From positions 32,001 to 96,000 of the forward strand of contig JAYTHU010000062.1 of NCBI GenBank assembly GCA_043732305.1: a stretch of 64,000 nt of DNA. Reading direction: 5' to 3'. Source of the stretch: Oligoflexia bacterium. Lineage in GTDB: Bacteria; Bdellovibrionota; Bdellovibrionia; JABDDW01. A program made the position numbers and the translations under genes. The number at the start of each line of letters is the position of its first letter. The stretch's first letter is position 1. The notes under the pieces are model-generated. The model saw nothing but the letters and a program-made list of their open reading frames with translations, did not search any database and had not been told where the DNA came from. Of this stretch, positions 61,146 to 64,000 are shown one piece after another.

Positions 61146-62221
61146 CGTTTGCTCGCTTGGATTTGCTTGAGGATGTCTTGTCTGACTTCGGCAAGTGTTG
61201 CCTCTTCTTTGGCCCCTAAAATGGAATCAATTTTGTAAACGGACTGAAGTTGCAGGTCCGCTTGGATGTAGTGAAGAGCGTCTCCATCGGAAATAATTTT
61301 CTGACTTTTAAATTTCTGAATATCTTGGACGTAATTTGATTGCTCAAGGACGTTTTTGCGATGGTCGATTAATTTCTGGGCCAGTGGCAAATTTCTATCG
61401 CTCATCAAGCTTTCAGAGGGCATTACAAGTTCTAACGCGGCTTCGTAATCAAAAGCCAAAACCTCTTTGACTTCAATTATTTCCTGAAGCTGCTCTTCAT
61501 TGGAGGAGGTTACAATTTCGTCAGGAATCTGTCCTTCTAAAATCACGCGATAAATTTCACCTTGTGTGCGCGCAGTCTCGCCCGGGTGTTTGTTATGAAG
61601 CTCGTAGATATCTATATAATAAAGACTTTGATTGAAAACTTTCTGGCGAGTGGACTGATCGATAGCATTGAGTGTGGTCTGTTTTCGTAAATTAAATCTT
61701 CCATTTTCCAATTTTGATTTGAGTAGGAAATTATTTTCCAATTGATTTTCAAATCGCAAATCAAATTTGACGAGAGTGTTGTAGTGAGTGGCTTGAATTT
61801 CAATATTATAATTACGCCAGTGAGTTTTGCCAGATTCAAAAGCAATATCCACAGGACCAAGTGCCGCCATAAAAATTCCCGTTCCTATTGCAAAGTCAGC
61901 GGACCAGCGAACGAGACTTCCTGAGGCCCATCGATTTCGGCTCAAATATTTTGAAACAAAAAACAAAGGGCGTTCAATAACAAGATTTCTTAGTCCAAAA
62001 ACGGGGCGGGGCTTGAATGGTTTTAAAGTTCCAAAACTTTTTACGATTGGCGGAGGCTCTATAGAAGTGGATTTAATAAACAGCTCAGCCAGTGACTGAG
62101 AACAAATGTTCAGACTTTGCTGTGACTTCCGATTAGAAGGTCGATATTGAGCTTGAGCGGGCGAGGCCTCCGCGAAAACGAAGGCCATCATCAAAATTAA
62201 ACTTACAAGCTTTGCCCACAT
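61142..62221 (-). CDS. Secreted hypothetical protein
   Basis: Signal peptide ending AQA; single Cys in NICSQSL; internal hydrophobic segment FAIGTGIFMAALGPV. Confidence 0.7.
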   Translation of the reverse strand: MWAKLVSLILMMAFVFAEASPAQAQYRPSNRKSQQSLNICSQSLAELFIKSTSIEPPPIVKSFGTLKPFKPRPVFGLRNLVIERPLFFVSKYLSRNRWASGSLVRWSADFAIGTGIFMAALGPVDIAFESGKTHWRNYNIEIQATHYNTLVKFDLRFENQLENNFLLKSKLENGRFNLRKQTTLNAIDQSTRQKVFNQSLYYIDIYELHNKHPGETARTQGEIYRVILEGQIPDEIVTSSNEEQLQEIIEVKEVLAFDYEAALELVMPSESLMSDRNLPLAQKLIDHRKNVLEQSNYVQDIQKFKSQKIISDGDALHYIQADLQLQSVYKIDSILGAKEEATLAEVRQDILKQIQASKR

Positions 62222-62243
62222 CGAACATCACCAATTTTCTAAC

Positions 62244-63608
62244 TTAATTCTTTGAACCAGAACCAGACGCGGAATCGGCGGGAGTGGTTGGATACAAATT
62301 TTCCTTTAATGCTTTTTTGCCCGCGCGAAGGGCTTCGCCGCTCTTGATTATTGCAGTTCTTGCAGCTTCCTGAGCAGCCTGCTGAGTGATTGACGCCGCG
62401 ATCTCGGCACCCTTGACCGTAACATCTACGCCCTGGAACAAAGCATCTTTGGCTTGATCCAAAGAATTGTTGATGACGTCGTCAGCAGCATATTTATCAT
62501 AGCCTATTTTTCCTAAGAATGTTTGAATCACAGGATCAACCGCATCCACTATGATTTGTTCCATTGGACTCACACTAGGAACTTGATCCCAAGCAACAAG
62601 CTCGTAACCTTTTTCTGCAAGATCAGCAACCAGGTAGGTCAGAACTAGAAATTTACCAACGACCTTAACGCCGGTATAAGTTCTGCTGATAATTCCGGGA
62701 CGTCTAGCCACCTGCAAAAGGTTAAACTCAGCACCTTCCAAATTATTTCTAGCAACAATGAGAAAGTCATTCGCATTCGAGAATTTGCTAGCTCCAGAGA
62801 TAAGTGAGTCACGAATCTTGGAAAGAATTTCTAACTGCTTGAGGACTTCCCCCTTCTCTGCTCGAACGAGAACAATTCTTTTCATTGTTAACTTATCTTG
62901 GTTAGATATGGCGGTATTGCTATGCGTAGCAAGAACTTGTTCAACTCCGTTGAACATAGCAATATCAGTAGGACTATTTTTAAACATCACTTCTGCAGAA
63001 ACAACACCCTTATCCAAAGCATCGGCAAGATCCTTAGGATCCATAGCAGGAATGCCTTTTTGGGTCAGCTTTGCTTTCGCGCTACGGGCACTCTCGATGA
63101 TGCCAGGAATTGTTCCATCATATAGATATTTTTCTTGAGCATCCAAAGCGATGACTTCTTTTTCAGAAGATAATATTTCCTTGTCCAAGGTAGCCAGTTT
63201 ACCAAGGCTGTCCGCGTTGTTCACGTTGGCGTTCACGCCTGCAACCGCAGTTTGCAATTGAATTTTGGAAAGTTCTAATTTTCGAGTTGCATCTTTAATT
63301 GCGATAGCTTGTTTGCGGCCAATCAAATAACGTTTGTGGAATCCACCAACTGTTTTCAATCCAATTAAAACTTCTAGAGTGGAGACTGCTCCCAGCATGT
63401 AGTCAGATCCGCGGACGTCATATCTCATACGGTTCACAGCTTTGCTGTTTTTAAACCATGCCTCGGCATGGCCAGCGGGATCTTCCATCAATGTCTGATT
63501 TGTGATTGGCTCCCTTGTCAAACCGTTCCTTGCGGCAAGTCCCACTTGTCCAATGATGAATGTAGTAGCCAATGTTGTAGCGATAAGACTCTTTTGCTTT
63601 AGAAACAT
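62244..63608 (-). CDS. Secreted helical/coiled-coil hypothetical protein
   Basis: GGAGG SD before ATG 63608; signal peptide; coiled coil plus two hydrophobic segments. Confidence 0.7.
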   Translation of the reverse strand: MFLKQKSLIATTLATTFIIGQVGLAARNGLTREPITNQTLMEDPAGHAEAWFKNSKAVNRMRYDVRGSDYMLGAVSTLEVLIGLKTVGGFHKRYLIGRKQAIAIKDATRKLELSKIQLQTAVAGVNANVNNADSLGKLATLDKEILSSEKEVIALDAQEKYLYDGTIPGIIESARSAKAKLTQKGIPAMDPKDLADALDKGVVSAEVMFKNSPTDIAMFNGVEQVLATHSNTAISNQDKLTMKRIVLVRAEKGEVLKQLEILSKIRDSLISGASKFSNANDFLIVARNNLEGAEFNLLQVARRPGIISRTYTGVKVVGKFLVLTYLVADLAEKGYELVAWDQVPSVSPMEQIIVDAVDPVIQTFLGKIGYDKYAADDVINNSLDQAKDALFQGVDVTVKGAEIAASITQQAAQEAARTAIIKSGEALRAGKKALKENLYPTTPADSASGSGSKN

Positions 63609-63678
63609 GCGTCCTCCAAAAAAATTATGAAAACTTCGTTCAAAAACGAAGTAAACCTTTGTGATCAGTTGCCTATAA

Positions 63679-63694
63679 AGCAATTTCTTTGCCA
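63679..63694 (-). promoter_or_regulatory. Sigma-54 promoter of the 63608-61142 gene pair
   Basis: Minus strand TGGCAAAGAAATTGCT = GG-N10-GC. Confidence 0.65.
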
Positions 63695-63791
63695 AGAAAG
63701 CAAGCTATCAGATCGGCTTTAACATTGATGGAGTGGGAAAGTGAGAAATCACGGACCTAGAATGGCACTGTGACTAAAAGATTGTCGGGCC

Positions 63792-64000
63792 TTAGCGCAA
63801 TTTGAGTAGGGTGCGAACTGTGTCTTTTATTTCCTCAACATTGAATGGTTTTTTGATGTAATCATCTGCGCCAACTTCAAAACCGCGCTTCACATCAAAT
63901 TCACTCGTTTTTGCAGAAATAAATACAATGGGGATTTTCTTGAGCTCGTCATTCTCCTTCAGGAGTTTAGCGAGTTCAAAACCGTTGATCCAAGGGAGAC
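63792..64000 (-). CDS. C-terminal part of a receiver-domain response regulator, partial
   Basis: Manual translation LPWINGFELAKLLK..IPIVFISAK..GADDYIKKPF..LR*. Confidence 0.9.
   Translation of the reverse strand, partial: LPWINGFELAKLLKENDELKKIPIVFISAKTSEFDVKRGFEVGADDYIKKPFNVEEIKDTVRTLLKLR

Noticed and set aside
716..63138. Numerous 60-165 aa ORFs antisense or out of frame within long genes
   Set aside because: Fully nested in well-supported genes with no motifs; treated as shadow ORFs.

Overview
Gene-dense, fairly AT-rich bacterial chromosome segment. The gene families (many lineage-type secreted proteins, FecR/FN3 and PA14 proteins, TPR-wHTH regulator beside lon, MshEN-like protein) suggest a Bdellovibrionota/Oligoflexia-type predator, but this is inference. 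The housekeeping backbone is valS, arfB, yciH, two DEAD-box helicases, tRNA-Val(UAC), clpP-clpX-lon, pepA, aceE and an Opp/Dpp-type ABC operon. The accessory loci are: (i) a sphingolipid/envelope cluster (spt + bacterial ceramide synthase, flanked by an O-antigen ligase/ArnT fusion, an MBOAT+SGNH pair, an OM barrel, an FLVCR-like MFS and a ferritin-like protein); (ii) a PA14/FecR/Gly-rich surface cluster beside a three-gene phosphorelay; (iii) a nucleotidyltransferase + wHTH pair resembling a toxin-antitoxin module. The most unusual signal is a set of Sec-signal-bearing proteins with cytoplasmic-type folds (a two-ring ClpA/B-like AAA+ ATPase, a nucleoside-deoxyribosyltransferase-like enzyme). 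With two other secreted proteins they carry a single terminal Cys in a CxxxL motif, and several secreted genes sit behind sigma-54-type promoters. Together this is a candidate undescribed effector export/targeting system. No CRISPR array, rRNA, transposase or prophage was seen. All calls are by motif recognition; no searches were run.
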